A stretch of DNA of 64,000 bases from Alphaproteobacteria bacterium (GTDB lineage Bacteria > Pseudomonadota > Alphaproteobacteria > GCA-2731375). Made by a program: the position numbers and the translations under genes. Positions 48,335 through 58,097 of this stretch are shown here, piece by piece; the first letter of the stretch is position 1; every line of letters starts with the position of its first letter. Under the pieces are notes generated by a model, which was given only the letters and a program-made list of their open reading frames with translations, ran no database searches and was not told where the DNA came from. Where the stretch lies: positions 1 through 64,000 of the forward strand of contig CBDDBZ010000038.1 of assembly GCA_965225945.1 (NCBI GenBank). Direction: 5' to 3'.

Positions 48335-49606
48335 TTAGCCTCCGAGGGCCGGGCCTCGAGCCTCCCGCAACAGCGCCTCCGCCGCCGTCCGGCCCGAGCG
48401 GGCGGCGGCCTCGATGGTTGCCGGCAGCGCCGTCGCCGTCCAATCGCCCGCCAACACGAGATTTTCGAACCTGGTCTCGCTCGGCGGGCGTCGCCGCTCC
48501 ATCGCCGGCGTCTGGACGATGGTGGCGCGGCGTTCCTTGACCACGCGGTAGGGGGGCGGTGGCTCTCCCGCATCACGGCCGAGCGCCGCCGCGACGTCGC
48601 GCCAGATCTCGGCGGCGAGATCCTCCGCGCGCTCGTCGAGCAGACGGTTGCCGGCGCTGACGGAGACGGAAATCACATCGTCGCGCTGGAACAGCCACTC
48701 CGCCGTGCCGCCGAGGAGGCCGAGGAAGGGCAGTTCCGGGTCGAGCCCGTCGCCGTCTTCCAGCAGGTAATGGATGTTGATGATGGCGCTGAAGGCGTCG
48801 GGATAGCCGCCCTGGCCCAAGAGCGCCGCCGCGACGGCCGCCGGAACCGCGAGGACCACGGCGTCGCCCAGCGCGACCGCGACCCGGTCCTCGGCGAAGT
48901 CCAGCGTCTCGACCCGCCCGGCGCTGGTCTCGATGGCGCGGAGCCGGACGCCGAAGCGGACTTCGGCTCCGCGCGCCCGGAGCAGCGCGACCACCGGCTC
49001 GGCGATCGCCGCCGAAAGACCACCCGGGGCCAGGATCGGCCGCGAGGCGGCCTCCCCCTTCCCCAGGGTCTCGCGCACCACCGCCCAGAGCCCGCGCGCG
49101 CTGCCCGCCGCCGCCTCGACGTTGAGCACGGCGTGCGCCAGCGGCTCCCAGAGACGCGTGAACCGGGCCGAGCGGATATCGAGGCGATCGCCCACCGCGT
49201 CGTCCGGGCCCGAGCGGGCCAAGCGGAACATGTCGAACGCCAAGCCCCAGGGACCGACGTCGGGCGGCAGGCGGTCGCTCTCGAACAGCGCGGCGAGGCC
49301 CGGGGCCAGCGTCCAACGCACGCCGCTCGCCAGATCGAGGAAAGGAAAGCGGGCGGGCCTGAGTTCGCGAATGTGCTCGCCCGCGCCGGCGGAAGCGATC
49401 AATCCGAGCACCGTCCGGTTGCCGGAGAGGATCAGATGGCTGCCGTTGTCGATAACCCGGCCGAGACGGGGGTCGAAATAGGAGCGACAGCGCCCGCCCG
49501 CTCGGCTCGCCGCTTCGTGCAGGACGACCGGGCGGCCGGCGGCGCTCAAGCGCTCGGCGGCGGCGAGGCCGGCGATGCCCGCGCCGACGACGTGGACCCG
49601 GCTCAC
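48335..49606 (-). CDS. hpnE: Hydroxysqualene dehydroxylase HpnE
   Basis: VVGAGIAGL, AGGRCRSYFD...IDNGSH, KERRAT, LAGDWT..LPATIE.A.RSG; GTG start overlaps the hpnC stop. Confidence 0.88.
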   Translation of the reverse strand: MSRVHVVGAGIAGLAAAERLSAAGRPVVLHEAASRAGGRCRSYFDPRLGRVIDNGSHLILSGNRTVLGLIASAGAGEHIRELRPARFPFLDLASGVRWTLAPGLAALFESDRLPPDVGPWGLAFDMFRLARSGPDDAVGDRLDIRSARFTRLWEPLAHAVLNVEAAAGSARGLWAVVRETLGKGEAASRPILAPGGLSAAIAEPVVALLRARGAEVRFGVRLRAIETSAGRVETLDFAEDRVAVALGDAVVLAVPAAVAAALLGQGGYPDAFSAIINIHYLLEDGDGLDPELPFLGLLGGTAEWLFQRDDVISVSVSAGNRLLDERAEDLAAEIWRDVAAALGRDAGEPPPPYRVVKERRATIVQTPAMERRRPPSETRFENLVLAGDWTATALPATIEAAARSGRTAAEALLREARGPALGG

Positions 49607-50454
49607 CGACGCAGGATGCCGGCGAGGATGCCGGCGAGGCCGGCGGCGAGGCGCGCCGGCCCGGCCAACTCCACCCGCTCGGCCAGGGGATCGCGCCGGC
49701 GCAACGCATCGCGCAGCCGCTCCGCCAAGCTCACGATCACTGCCGATTCGAGTGCCAAGCGACGGTGGCGCATACGCCTCGCCAACGGCGCCGCCTCGAT
49801 GAGCAGCGCGTCGACGCGATCCAAGACCAGGTCGAGGACGCGGCGAAGCTGCTCGTCGGCGCGCGGGGCCAGCAGATCGTCGGGCGTCAGCCCTTCTGCC
49901 GTAAGCCAATCGAGCGGGATGTAGAGGCGCCTGATTTGGCGCCAATCCTCGCCACAATCCTGCAGGTGATTGAGGATCTGCAAGGCCGTGCAGAGCGCGT
50001 CGGAGGCCGTGACCGGCGCCTCGGTCTCGCCGTGGAGCGCCATCAGGTAGCGACCGACCGGCACCGCCGAATAGCGGCAGTATTCGATCAAGTCGTCCCA
50101 ATTCCGGCAGGGCTCGTTGATCGCGTCGCGTCGAAAGGCGGTGAGCAGCCGGCGGGCGAAGCTGGCGTCGACGCCGCTCGCCGCCAGGCTCTCGGCGAGC
50201 CGGACGGCGGGCAGGCACCAGTCCTCGGCCGTCTCCGTGCCGACCAGCGCCGCTTCCAAGCGGTCGAGATAGCCGAGCTTCTCCTCCCGCTCCAAATCGG
50301 GGTTGTCAGCGATGTCGTCCGCCAGGCGCACGAAGCGATAGAAGGCCATGACATGCGGTCGTAGCGCCGCCGGCAGCAATAGGGAGGCGACGGGAAAGTT
50401 CTCTTCCCCGTGCGTCTTCACGGCTATTGGGCCGTCGCCGGCGATGACGCTCAT
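49603..50454 (-). CDS. hpnC: Squalene synthase HpnC
   Basis: ENFPVAS.L, FYRF.R.ADDIAD, YCRYSA.PVGR, SDALCTALQILNHLQD, RLYIP. Confidence 0.9.
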   Translation of the reverse strand: MSVIAGDGPIAVKTHGEENFPVASLLLPAALRPHVMAFYRFVRLADDIADNPDLEREEKLGYLDRLEAALVGTETAEDWCLPAVRLAESLAASGVDASFARRLLTAFRRDAINEPCRNWDDLIEYCRYSAVPVGRYLMALHGETEAPVTASDALCTALQILNHLQDCGEDWRQIRRLYIPLDWLTAEGLTPDDLLAPRADEQLRRVLDLVLDRVDALLIEAAPLARRMRHRRLALESAVIVSLAERLRDALRRRDPLAERVELAGPARLAAGLAGILAGILRR

Positions 50455-50871
50455 GACCCGCTCCAATGGCCGTCCGGGAGGGCGCGCATCATAGCGCCAA
50501 ATTATCGAGATGCGCTGTTGCTTTGCGACCACGCGGCCCGACGAGGCATGATCGCGGAGATTTGAGGTTGCGGTATCGGCAATCTCTCGGCAATACTCCC
50601 GCCGGCGTGCGAGCTTCACTCGGGTTCGGGGGCGTGCACGCGGCGCGCGACGGGGGGTTTCTCCCGCGCGGGGGGCGGCCGGCCGGAATTCCTTGGAAGA
50701 TCTCGGCGCGCGTTGCGGTGCTGGAACCCGAGTGGGAGGAACATGCGAGGGGCGTGATCGAGACGTCGAGTGTCGTGGTCGAAAGCCGATCCGAGGGCCC
50801 GTGTCGTCAGATACCTCGTAGGTGCCTCCTCGCCATATAGGCGATCCGACGACAACAGCGAGGGTGGCGAG

Positions 50872-52251
50872 ATGGAGGCACTGCAGTACTTTATCGAGGA
50901 TTACCTGCCGATCTTCATGTTCGCCACCCTGGCGATGCTGCTGTTCACCGGCTATCCGGTCGCCTTCATCCTGGGTGGCGTGGCCTTCGTGTTCGGCATG
51001 CTCGGTTGGTTCTTCGATATGTTCGCCCTGATCGAGTTCTTCAACTTCGTGCCTCGAATCTGGGGCACGGCGGCGGAGAACCTGGTGCTGGTCGCGGTGC
51101 CGTGCTTCGTCTTCATGGGCATCATGATGGAACGAAGCGGTATCGCCAACGATCTGCTCTATACCTGTCAGGTGCTGTTGAAGCGGGTGCCGGGCGGGCT
51201 CGCGCTCTCGGTCACGATCATGGGCACGATCCTGGCCGCGATGACCGGCATCATCGGCGCCTCGGTGACGATGATGACGGCGCTGGCGCTGCCGACCATG
51301 CTGCGCCAGCGCTACAGCCACGGTCTGGCGACGGGCGTGATCGCGGCGTCGGGGACGCTCGGCATCCTCATACCGCCCTCGATCATGCTGATCATCATGG
51401 CCGACCTGTTGTCGATTTCGGTCGGCACCCTCTTCATGTCGGCGCTGATACCCGGCCTCTGTCTCGCCGTGCTTTATTTGATTTACGTCACGACGATCGC
51501 CTGCCTGCGGCCCAGCGTGGCGCCGCCGCTGCCGCCCGATCTGCTCTACGTGCCGCGCAACGAGTTGCCGAAGCTCCTGTTCAGGAGCTTCTTCCCGCCG
51601 GTATTTCTGATCGGTATGATCAAGGGGGCGATTCTGTTCGGCTGGGCGACGCCCAGCGAGGCCGGCGCGGTCGGGGCCTTCGGCGCGAGCCTGCTCGCTT
51701 TCATGAACGGCCGGCTGGGCTTTGAGACGATCAAGGGCGTGTGCTTATCGGCGGCCCTGACGATTTCCTTCATCTTCTTCATCGTCATCAGCGCCACCTG
51801 CTTCGCCTATGTCTTCCGCTCGCTGGGCGGCGACGACATCGTGGAGGGGTTGATCTTCGCCGCCGGTCTGGATTCCTGGGGCCTTCTGTTCCTTATCATG
51901 GGCGTCGTCTTCGCCCTCGGCTTCTTCCTCGACTGGCTGGAGATCACGCTGATCATCCTGCCCGTCTTCGCCGGCATGATCGTCGAAATGGAATTCGGCG
52001 ATCACGTGCCCGAGGCGGCGATGGTTTACTGGTTCACGGTGCTGATCGCGATCAACCTGCAGACCTCGTTCCTGACCCCGCCGTTCGGCTTCGCGCTGTT
52101 TTACCTGAAGGGCATCGCGCCGAAGGAGATCAAGATCGAGAGTATCTATCTGGGCATCATTCCCTTCGTCCTGCTGCAACTTGTGGGTCTGATCGTCGTC
52201 ATCACGTTCCCCCAGGTGGCTCTCTGGCTGCCACACGTGGTTTACGGCTGA
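50872..52251 (+). CDS. dctM: TRAP transporter large permease DctM
   Basis: GYPVAF, GIIGASV, SGTLGILIPPS, NLQTSFLTPPFGFALFYLKG. Confidence 0.92.
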   Translation: MEALQYFIEDYLPIFMFATLAMLLFTGYPVAFILGGVAFVFGMLGWFFDMFALIEFFNFVPRIWGTAAENLVLVAVPCFVFMGIMMERSGIANDLLYTCQVLLKRVPGGLALSVTIMGTILAAMTGIIGASVTMMTALALPTMLRQRYSHGLATGVIAASGTLGILIPPSIMLIIMADLLSISVGTLFMSALIPGLCLAVLYLIYVTTIACLRPSVAPPLPPDLLYVPRNELPKLLFRSFFPPVFLIGMIKGAILFGWATPSEAGAVGAFGASLLAFMNGRLGFETIKGVCLSAALTISFIFFIVISATCFAYVFRSLGGDDIVEGLIFAAGLDSWGLLFLIMGVVFALGFFLDWLEITLIILPVFAGMIVEMEFGDHVPEAAMVYWFTVLIAINLQTSFLTPPFGFALFYLKGIAPKEIKIESIYLGIIPFVLLQLVGLIVVITFPQVALWLPHVVYG

Positions 52252-52266
52252 TAGGAGGGCATCGCG

Positions 52267-53010
52267 ATGACCATGATGGAACGCACCTATGGGTCGGAAT
52301 TGGAGCTGCCGGCAATCGTGCGCGTCAGCCTGTTTTTGCGCCGCTTCGTCCAAATCGTCGGGTCGTGGGCCTCCTTCCTGATCATCCCCCTGGTCCTCAC
52401 CACCATCTTCGACGTCACCGCGCGCAAGATAATAGTGATCCAGATCTTCCTGGTGGAGCACGTCAGCAGGTTCTTCGAATCGACTCTGCTGCAAGAACTC
52501 GAATGGCACTTCCACACCGCGCTGTTCGCCCTCCTTCTCGGCTTCGGTACCGTCTACAACCGTCATGTGCGGGTGGACCTGGTGCGGGAAAGGCTGAAGT
52601 TCCGCAGGCAGGTCTGGATCGAGTTCATCGGCACCACGATCGGCATGCTCCCCTACACGGCGATCGTGATCTATTTCGCCTTCGACTTCGCCTTGGACTC
52701 CTGGAAGATGGACGAGATTTCCGCCTCCCAGGTCGGTTTGACGCACCGCTGGATCATCAAGACGATTCTCCTCGTGGGTTTGGTGATCGCCTTCACTTCC
52801 GGGGTCGCGGTCTGGTTGCAAATGGTGGTTGTTCTCTTCGGGCCCAGGAACCTGCGCTTCCAGTTGATGACCATGGACTGGCCGGAAGAGCGGGACGACC
52901 ACCGAATACAGGTCGAGGACTTGGACGGGGAGGACAGCGAAGAGGCGGTCGTCGCCGTCTCCACTGGCGGCGGCGATTCGGGCGCGCGAGAGGGCGAAGG
53001 ATCCGGCTGA
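52267..53010 (+). CDS. dctQ: TRAP transporter small permease DctQ
   Basis: DVTARK, LQELEWH, HVRVD, E.S..GL.HRWIIK; acidic C-terminal tail. Confidence 0.88.
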   Translation: MTMMERTYGSELELPAIVRVSLFLRRFVQIVGSWASFLIIPLVLTTIFDVTARKIIVIQIFLVEHVSRFFESTLLQELEWHFHTALFALLLGFGTVYNRHVRVDLVRERLKFRRQVWIEFIGTTIGMLPYTAIVIYFAFDFALDSWKMDEISASQVGLTHRWIIKTILLVGLVIAFTSGVAVWLQMVVVLFGPRNLRFQLMTMDWPEERDDHRIQVEDLDGEDSEEAVVAVSTGGGDSGAREGEGSG

Positions 53011-53216
53011 GGCGGATCGTTCTTCGCCACCACGCCACCGGCTGGCCCGCCTCGAGGCCCCGGGTAGCGGGTCGATCGGGAAACGGCCCCTCCGCTTCGA
53101 CGACTACGAATATGCGGCGCCGGGCCGCCCCAAATGGTATTTTCGCCGTATCGAGAATGTAAAAAAGGACACGTGACGCGAAGCGAAGGACTTTTTTGCA
53201 GGGAACTACCGGCTGA

Positions 53217-53714
53217 ATGGACTGGTATCACTACGTCAAGAAGTACGTCTGGGACGAGCGGAAGACGCCCTATCTGGTCGCCGTGGCCAAGCTCGACCGG
53301 GGCCAGGCGAACAGCGAGATCTTCCTCTACGCGATGTTCCTGGGCGTGCCTGGCGCGCTGGTCGCCACCGCCGCGACGACGAGCGTGCTGGAAAGCGGCT
53401 CGACGCTCTCGGCCGCGGTCGGCGCCTACGCCCTCACCATCTGCATCGCCGCGGGCACGCTCCACGCCCGCAAGCTGGTCCACGCCGCCTATTACTCGAT
53501 CACGCTGCCCTTGGCGCTGTTGGTCTACCTCTACTACCAGAAGTTCGGCCCGGACATTTCGCTCCTCGACAAGACGGTTCTGGTGATCGTGCTGCTGCTC
53601 TGGCTGCGCTACACGATCCGTGTCGCGGCGATCTGCAAGGCTTACCCGGGCCTGCCCGAGCAGCGCTTCGAGGACGACGCCGAGACGGATAGCGACACCG
53701 GAACCGAGGAATAG
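53217..53714 (+). CDS. Hypothetical membrane protein
   Basis: 165 aa with about 4 hydrophobic segments; codon usage looks coding. Confidence 0.65.
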   Translation: MDWYHYVKKYVWDERKTPYLVAVAKLDRGQANSEIFLYAMFLGVPGALVATAATTSVLESGSTLSAAVGAYALTICIAAGTLHARKLVHAAYYSITLPLALLVYLYYQKFGPDISLLDKTVLVIVLLLWLRYTIRVAAICKAYPGLPEQRFEDDAETDSDTGTEE

Positions 53715-53733
53715 TAAGGGGCGCCTTGTTGCC

Positions 53734-54144
53734 CTAACCCTCGGGCTTCTCGTCGTCGTTACCGTGGTCCGTCGAGTGGCTGCCGGGCATGGTGCCGGTT
53801 TTGTAGGACTGTTCGATGGTCCGCATGTGGTCGATGTCGTAGCTCTTGGCCTTGACCCACATACCGCGCTCCTCGATCCAGCGATGGTCAGGATCGAGAC
53901 TCTTCACCAGAAAGAAGTGGCAGGCGAGCAGGATGGTGGTGGCGAACATCGGCCAGAAGCTCCACCAGTAGTCGGAGACCAGCCAATTGATCAGGGCGAG
54001 CCCGCCGTTGAGTGCCAGATAGGCGTAGAGATGTGGCCGCCACAAGTGGCGCGCCTGGTTCGCCAGGCGGATGGCCAGATCGCCGTCCCCGCCGGCCCCC
54101 TCCGACTCGCCTTCCGTTTGCGAACTGGTCTGGTCGTCTTCCAT
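53734..54144 (-). CDS. 2TM-domain small membrane protein
   Basis: HLYAYLALNGGLALINW...WWSFWPM...LACH pattern. Confidence 0.7.
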   Translation of the reverse strand: MEDDQTSSQTEGESEGAGGDGDLAIRLANQARHLWRPHLYAYLALNGGLALINWLVSDYWWSFWPMFATTILLACHFFLVKSLDPDHRWIEERGMWVKAKSYDIDHMRTIEQSYKTGTMPGSHSTDHGNDDEKPEG

Positions 54145-54222
54145 GGGGAGCGGAGTATAGTTTGGTTTGCGCCGGGGGACGAGTCGCCGGCCGTGTAAAG
54201 GACTGTCGGGGAGGATGGGGCC

Positions 54223-54681
54223 ATGGGCGCGGAAGCCAAGTTGGCTGAGTTGGGGATCGAATTGCCGGAGGCGCCGTCGCCGGCCGGCAACTATGTAGGC
54301 GCGGTCGCGGTCGGTGATCTCGTGTTCCTCTCCGGGATGGGGCCTCGGCGGGCCGATGGTGGCTCGATCGCCGGCAAGGTCGGTGACGCGCTCTCGGTGG
54401 AGGAGGGCTACCAGGTGGCTCGCCTGGTCGGCCTCAACGCGCTGGCCACGCTGCGGCGCGAGATCGGCGATCTCGATCGGGTTCGGCGCGTGGTGAAGGT
54501 TCTGGGAATGGTGAACGCGGCGCCCGACTTTCGCGACCATCCCAAGGTGATCAACGGCTTTTCCGATCTGATGGTCGAAGTCTTCGGCGAGGCCGGTCGC
54601 GGTGCGCGCTCCGCCGTCGGCATGGGCTCGCTCCCCTTCCAGATCCCCGTCGAGGTCGAGATGATCGTCGAGGTGGGGTGA
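54223..54681 (+). CDS. RidA/YjgF family protein
   Basis: AGNYV, LSG, VINGFSDLM.EVFGEAG..ARSAVG..SLP..PVEVE. Confidence 0.9.
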   Translation: MGAEAKLAELGIELPEAPSPAGNYVGAVAVGDLVFLSGMGPRRADGGSIAGKVGDALSVEEGYQVARLVGLNALATLRREIGDLDRVRRVVKVLGMVNAAPDFRDHPKVINGFSDLMVEVFGEAGRGARSAVGMGSLPFQIPVEVEMIVEVG

Positions 54682-54808
54682 GGATGGTTCTAGTCCGGGA
54701 GGGTAATCGATTGTTTATCGTTTTCCCGCAAACATCCCTCTGGCCGCGTTCATTCGCCGAAATTCCGCCAAGAATGAGCCGCGCCCGGAATTCAGCGATT
54801 GACGAAGC

Positions 54809-55177
54809 ATGCCAAGTGACGAAAATCTCGAAGTGGTAGAGCCGTCCCCGGATATGGAAGGGGTGCAAAGGGTGGTTGTCGAGAAACGAATTCAGGCCCG
54901 TATTCAGGTCGACATTCCGATTATTGTCGAGATCGATTCAGGTCGCTACGATTGTCGGCTGGAGGACGTCAGCATCGATGGCGCCGGGGCCTACGTCACC
55001 GGTGGCACCGTCCGCGTCGAACTCGGTAAACACGTCCGCCTGGTTTTGCCCGAGCGCGAGGTCTCCGGCACCGCCGGCGTCCGGCGGGTCGACGAGGACG
55101 GCAAGGGCTTCGGCTTGGAATTCGACGACGCCACGATCGGCGCCATCGTCGCCGGCTGGGCGCGCGGCGTCGGCTAA
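54809..55177 (+). CDS. PilZ domain protein
   Basis: EKRIQAR (RxxxR), DVSIDG (DxSxxG), FGLEF. Confidence 0.8.
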   Translation: MPSDENLEVVEPSPDMEGVQRVVVEKRIQARIQVDIPIIVEIDSGRYDCRLEDVSIDGAGAYVTGGTVRVELGKHVRLVLPEREVSGTAGVRRVDEDGKGFGLEFDDATIGAIVAGWARGVG

Positions 55178-55358
55178 CGGCCCGTCCCCATTCGCGGCTG
55201 TCCTCGAGCCGTCGGCGGCGCGAGGATGGACGTCTGTTCGTCGCACCCGGCGAGGCCGTTCCGTGTCCGATCCCCGCATGCCCTTTTGGCCGCCTTCGGA
55301 CCGACCGGCGTCGAGCTCGCCTACCGCCGCCTGAACCCGACGAGGAAGGAGAGGGCAC

Positions 55359-56252
55359 ATGACGCAACTCTATCCGAACGGCATCGCCTTCGTGGAGGGG
55401 GAGTATGTGCCGGTCGAGGAGGCCAAGGTCTCGCTGCTGGATTTCGGCTTCCTCCGCTCGGACGCCAATCAGGACACGGTCTCGGTCTGGCATGGCAATT
55501 TTTTCCGCCTGGAAGACCATCTCGACCGCTTCCAGCGCAACGTCGCGCGCCTGCGCATGACGTCGCCCTTGGACCGTGACGGCCAGCGCGAGGTGTTGCT
55601 GGAATGCGTGCGGCGCACCGGCCTCGGCGATGCCTACGTGCAGATGCTGATGACCCGGGGCCGCCCGCCGAGCGGCAGCCGCGACCTCCGGCTCTGCGAG
55701 AACAAGTACTTCGTCTTCTGCCTGCCCTACATCTGGATCGCCAGTCCCGAAAAGCAGGAGGAGGGGCTGGATATCGCCGTCTCTTCGACCTGGCGCATCC
55801 CGCCCGAGAGCGTCGATCCGACGATCAAGCACTACCACTGGCTGGATTTTCAGATGTCGCTCTTCGCCGCCTATGACGAGGGCCGCGATACCACGGTGCT
55901 GGTCGACCGGCACGGCAATCTGACCGAGGGACCGGGCTTCAACATTTTCGTGGTCGAGGGAGGCGAGTTGCTGACGCCCGACGACGGCGTCTTGGACGGC
56001 ATGACGCGGCGCACGGTCTGGGATCTCTGCGTCGAGACCAACTTGCGCCACCGCGCGACGGCGCTTCCCGCCGAGCGGCTGGGCGCGGCCGACGAGGTCT
56101 TCATCTGCAGCACGGCCGGCGGGATCATGGCGGTGACACGGGTCGATGGCGATCCCGTGGCCAACGCCACCCCCGGCCCCGTGACCATGCGTCTCCGCGA
56201 CCTCTACTGGTCCAAGCGCGAAGCCGGCTGGCACGCAACGCCGGTCTATTAG
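55359..56252 (+). CDS. Class IV PLP aminotransferase, (R)-amine transaminase-like (second paralog)
   Basis: GFLRSD, YVQMLMTRG, DPTIKHYHWLDF, EGPGFN, STAGG. Confidence 0.88.
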   Translation: MTQLYPNGIAFVEGEYVPVEEAKVSLLDFGFLRSDANQDTVSVWHGNFFRLEDHLDRFQRNVARLRMTSPLDRDGQREVLLECVRRTGLGDAYVQMLMTRGRPPSGSRDLRLCENKYFVFCLPYIWIASPEKQEEGLDIAVSSTWRIPPESVDPTIKHYHWLDFQMSLFAAYDEGRDTTVLVDRHGNLTEGPGFNIFVVEGGELLTPDDGVLDGMTRRTVWDLCVETNLRHRATALPAERLGAADEVFICSTAGGIMAVTRVDGDPVANATPGPVTMRLRDLYWSKREAGWHATPVY

Positions 56253-56384
56253 TCAGCTGAAGTATCCGGAACTCGGCGGCTCGAGGAGATCGGACGACAC
56301 CCTGGACCGTCACCGCAAGGATCGGATATCGCCGCGCATCGCCCGCCCGTAGCCTCGCTTCCTCGAGGGACGGGGAGCGCGGCC

Positions 56385-57329
56385 ATGACGCCAGCGATCA
56401 ACACCACGATGACACCCTTGGAATGGGCATTTCTCGTGGCACTGTCGGTTCTCTGGGGCTGCTCGTTCTTCTTCGTCGGCGTCGTCGTCGAGGCGCTGCC
56501 GCCCTTCACCATCGTCGTTCTTCGCGTCGGGATCTCGGCCTTGATCCTATGGCCGGTCGCGGCGTTTTGGGGGGCTCGCGGATTGCGCGACCGGCGCGCC
56601 TGGCCGGCCTTCGTGGCGATGGGGCTCTTGAACAACGTCGTGCCCTTCTCGCTCATCGTCTGGGGGCAAAGCCATATCGCGAGCGGCCTCGCCTCGATTT
56701 TGAACGCGGCGACGCCGCTTCTCACCGTCGTCGTGGCGCGCCGGCTCACGCGCGACGAACGGATGACGCCCGCGCGTCTCACCGGCGTCGTCCTGGGGCT
56801 AGCGGGCGTCGTGGCGATGATCGGGCCGGGCGCGTTCGACGGTTTCGGCGCCGCCGTGCTGGCGCAACTCGCCGTCGTTGCGGCGACGGTCTGCTACGCC
56901 TTCGCCGGCGTCTATGGCCGCCGCTTCCGACGGATCGGCACCTCGTCGCTCGCCACCGCCACCGGGCAGGTGACGGCCTCGGCGGTTCTGTTGGCGCCGG
57001 TAGCGCTGGTCGTCGAGCGGCCGTGGGAGATCGCGATGCCGGGACCGGAGATCTGGGCCGCAATCGTGGGTCTCGCCGCGCTCTCCACCGCGCTCGGCTA
57101 CGTCCTCTACTTCCGCATTCTGGCGACGGCGGGGGCGACGAACCTGTTGCTGGTGACCCTGTTGATACCGGTCACGGGAATTTTGCTCGGCGTGGCCGTG
57201 CTGGGCGAGCGGCTGGCCTCGGAGCATGCCCTCGGCATGGGGTTGATCACACTCGGCCTGGCGGCGATCGACGGACGCCTCGCGCGCCGCCTTCCCGCTA
57301 TTGTTTCGCCCGCTCGGCGCGGGCGCTGA
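56385..57329 (+). CDS. DMT/EamA family transporter
   Basis: LWGCSF, NNVVPF, SGLASILNAATP, about 10 TM. Confidence 0.9.
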   Translation: MTPAINTTMTPLEWAFLVALSVLWGCSFFFVGVVVEALPPFTIVVLRVGISALILWPVAAFWGARGLRDRRAWPAFVAMGLLNNVVPFSLIVWGQSHIASGLASILNAATPLLTVVVARRLTRDERMTPARLTGVVLGLAGVVAMIGPGAFDGFGAAVLAQLAVVAATVCYAFAGVYGRRFRRIGTSSLATATGQVTASAVLLAPVALVVERPWEIAMPGPEIWAAIVGLAALSTALGYVLYFRILATAGATNLLLVTLLIPVTGILLGVAVLGERLASEHALGMGLITLGLAAIDGRLARRLPAIVSPARRGR

Positions 57330-58071
57330 GAAAGGCGTCTATGACCGCCTGCGGCTCACCCTTGGCGAAAGCCTCCTGCTGGCCCAACACACCGGCGCGG
57401 AAGGCTTCGTCGAAGCCGGCGAGCGCGATTTCTCGGAATCGCGCCTTGGTCCGCTTCCAGGCGGTCGCGGGCTTGGCGGCGAAGGCCTCCGCCACCTCAC
57501 GCGCCTTGGGGATCAATTCCTCGCGCGCCACCATGTGGTTGATCAGGCCGAGCCGGTCGGCCTCCTCGGCGTCGAGCAGGCGGCCGGTCATCGACAGCTC
57601 CTGGTTCTTCGACCAACCGAGGTGCAGGCTCATCCAGTAAGCGCCCATGATGGAGGGGATGGCGGCGTTAATCTCCGGCTGGCCCATGCGGGTCTCGGGG
57701 TGCGCCACCCGCTGGTCCGAGACCAGGGCGATTTGAAAGCCGCCGCCGGCGGCGATGCCGTTCAAGGCGGCGATCACCGGCTTCTCGGTCAGCAGGATCT
57801 GGCGGTAGACGTTGCAGACGGCGCCGAACCATTCCTCGACCTCGGCCACCTGGATGGCGCGCGCCTCGCGCAAGTCGACCCCGGCGCAGAAGGCCCGCTC
57901 GCCCGCGCCCGTCAGCACGATCCCGCGCACCGTGTCGTCGCCGTCCAACGCCACCAGGCCCGCCGCGAGCCTGAGCGCGAGCTCCCGCGTCAACGCGTTC
58001 AGCGCCTCCGGCCGGTTCAAGCGCAGGATGGCGATGCCATCCAGCCGTTCGATATCGACGACCTCGGTCAT
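57298..58071 (-). CDS. Crotonase/enoyl-CoA hydratase superfamily protein (CarB-like)
   Basis: LNRPEALNAL, AFCAGVDL, KPVIAALNG.AAGGGFQ, QPE. Confidence 0.88.
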   Translation of the reverse strand: MTEVVDIERLDGIAILRLNRPEALNALTRELALRLAAGLVALDGDDTVRGIVLTGAGERAFCAGVDLREARAIQVAEVEEWFGAVCNVYRQILLTEKPVIAALNGIAAGGGFQIALVSDQRVAHPETRMGQPEINAAIPSIMGAYWMSLHLGWSKNQELSMTGRLLDAEEADRLGLINHMVAREELIPKAREVAEAFAAKPATAWKRTKARFREIALAGFDEAFRAGVLGQQEAFAKGEPQAVIDAFLSARAERAKQ

Positions 58072-58097
58072 GGCGAGGTCCTTTGCGTATGTCGGCG

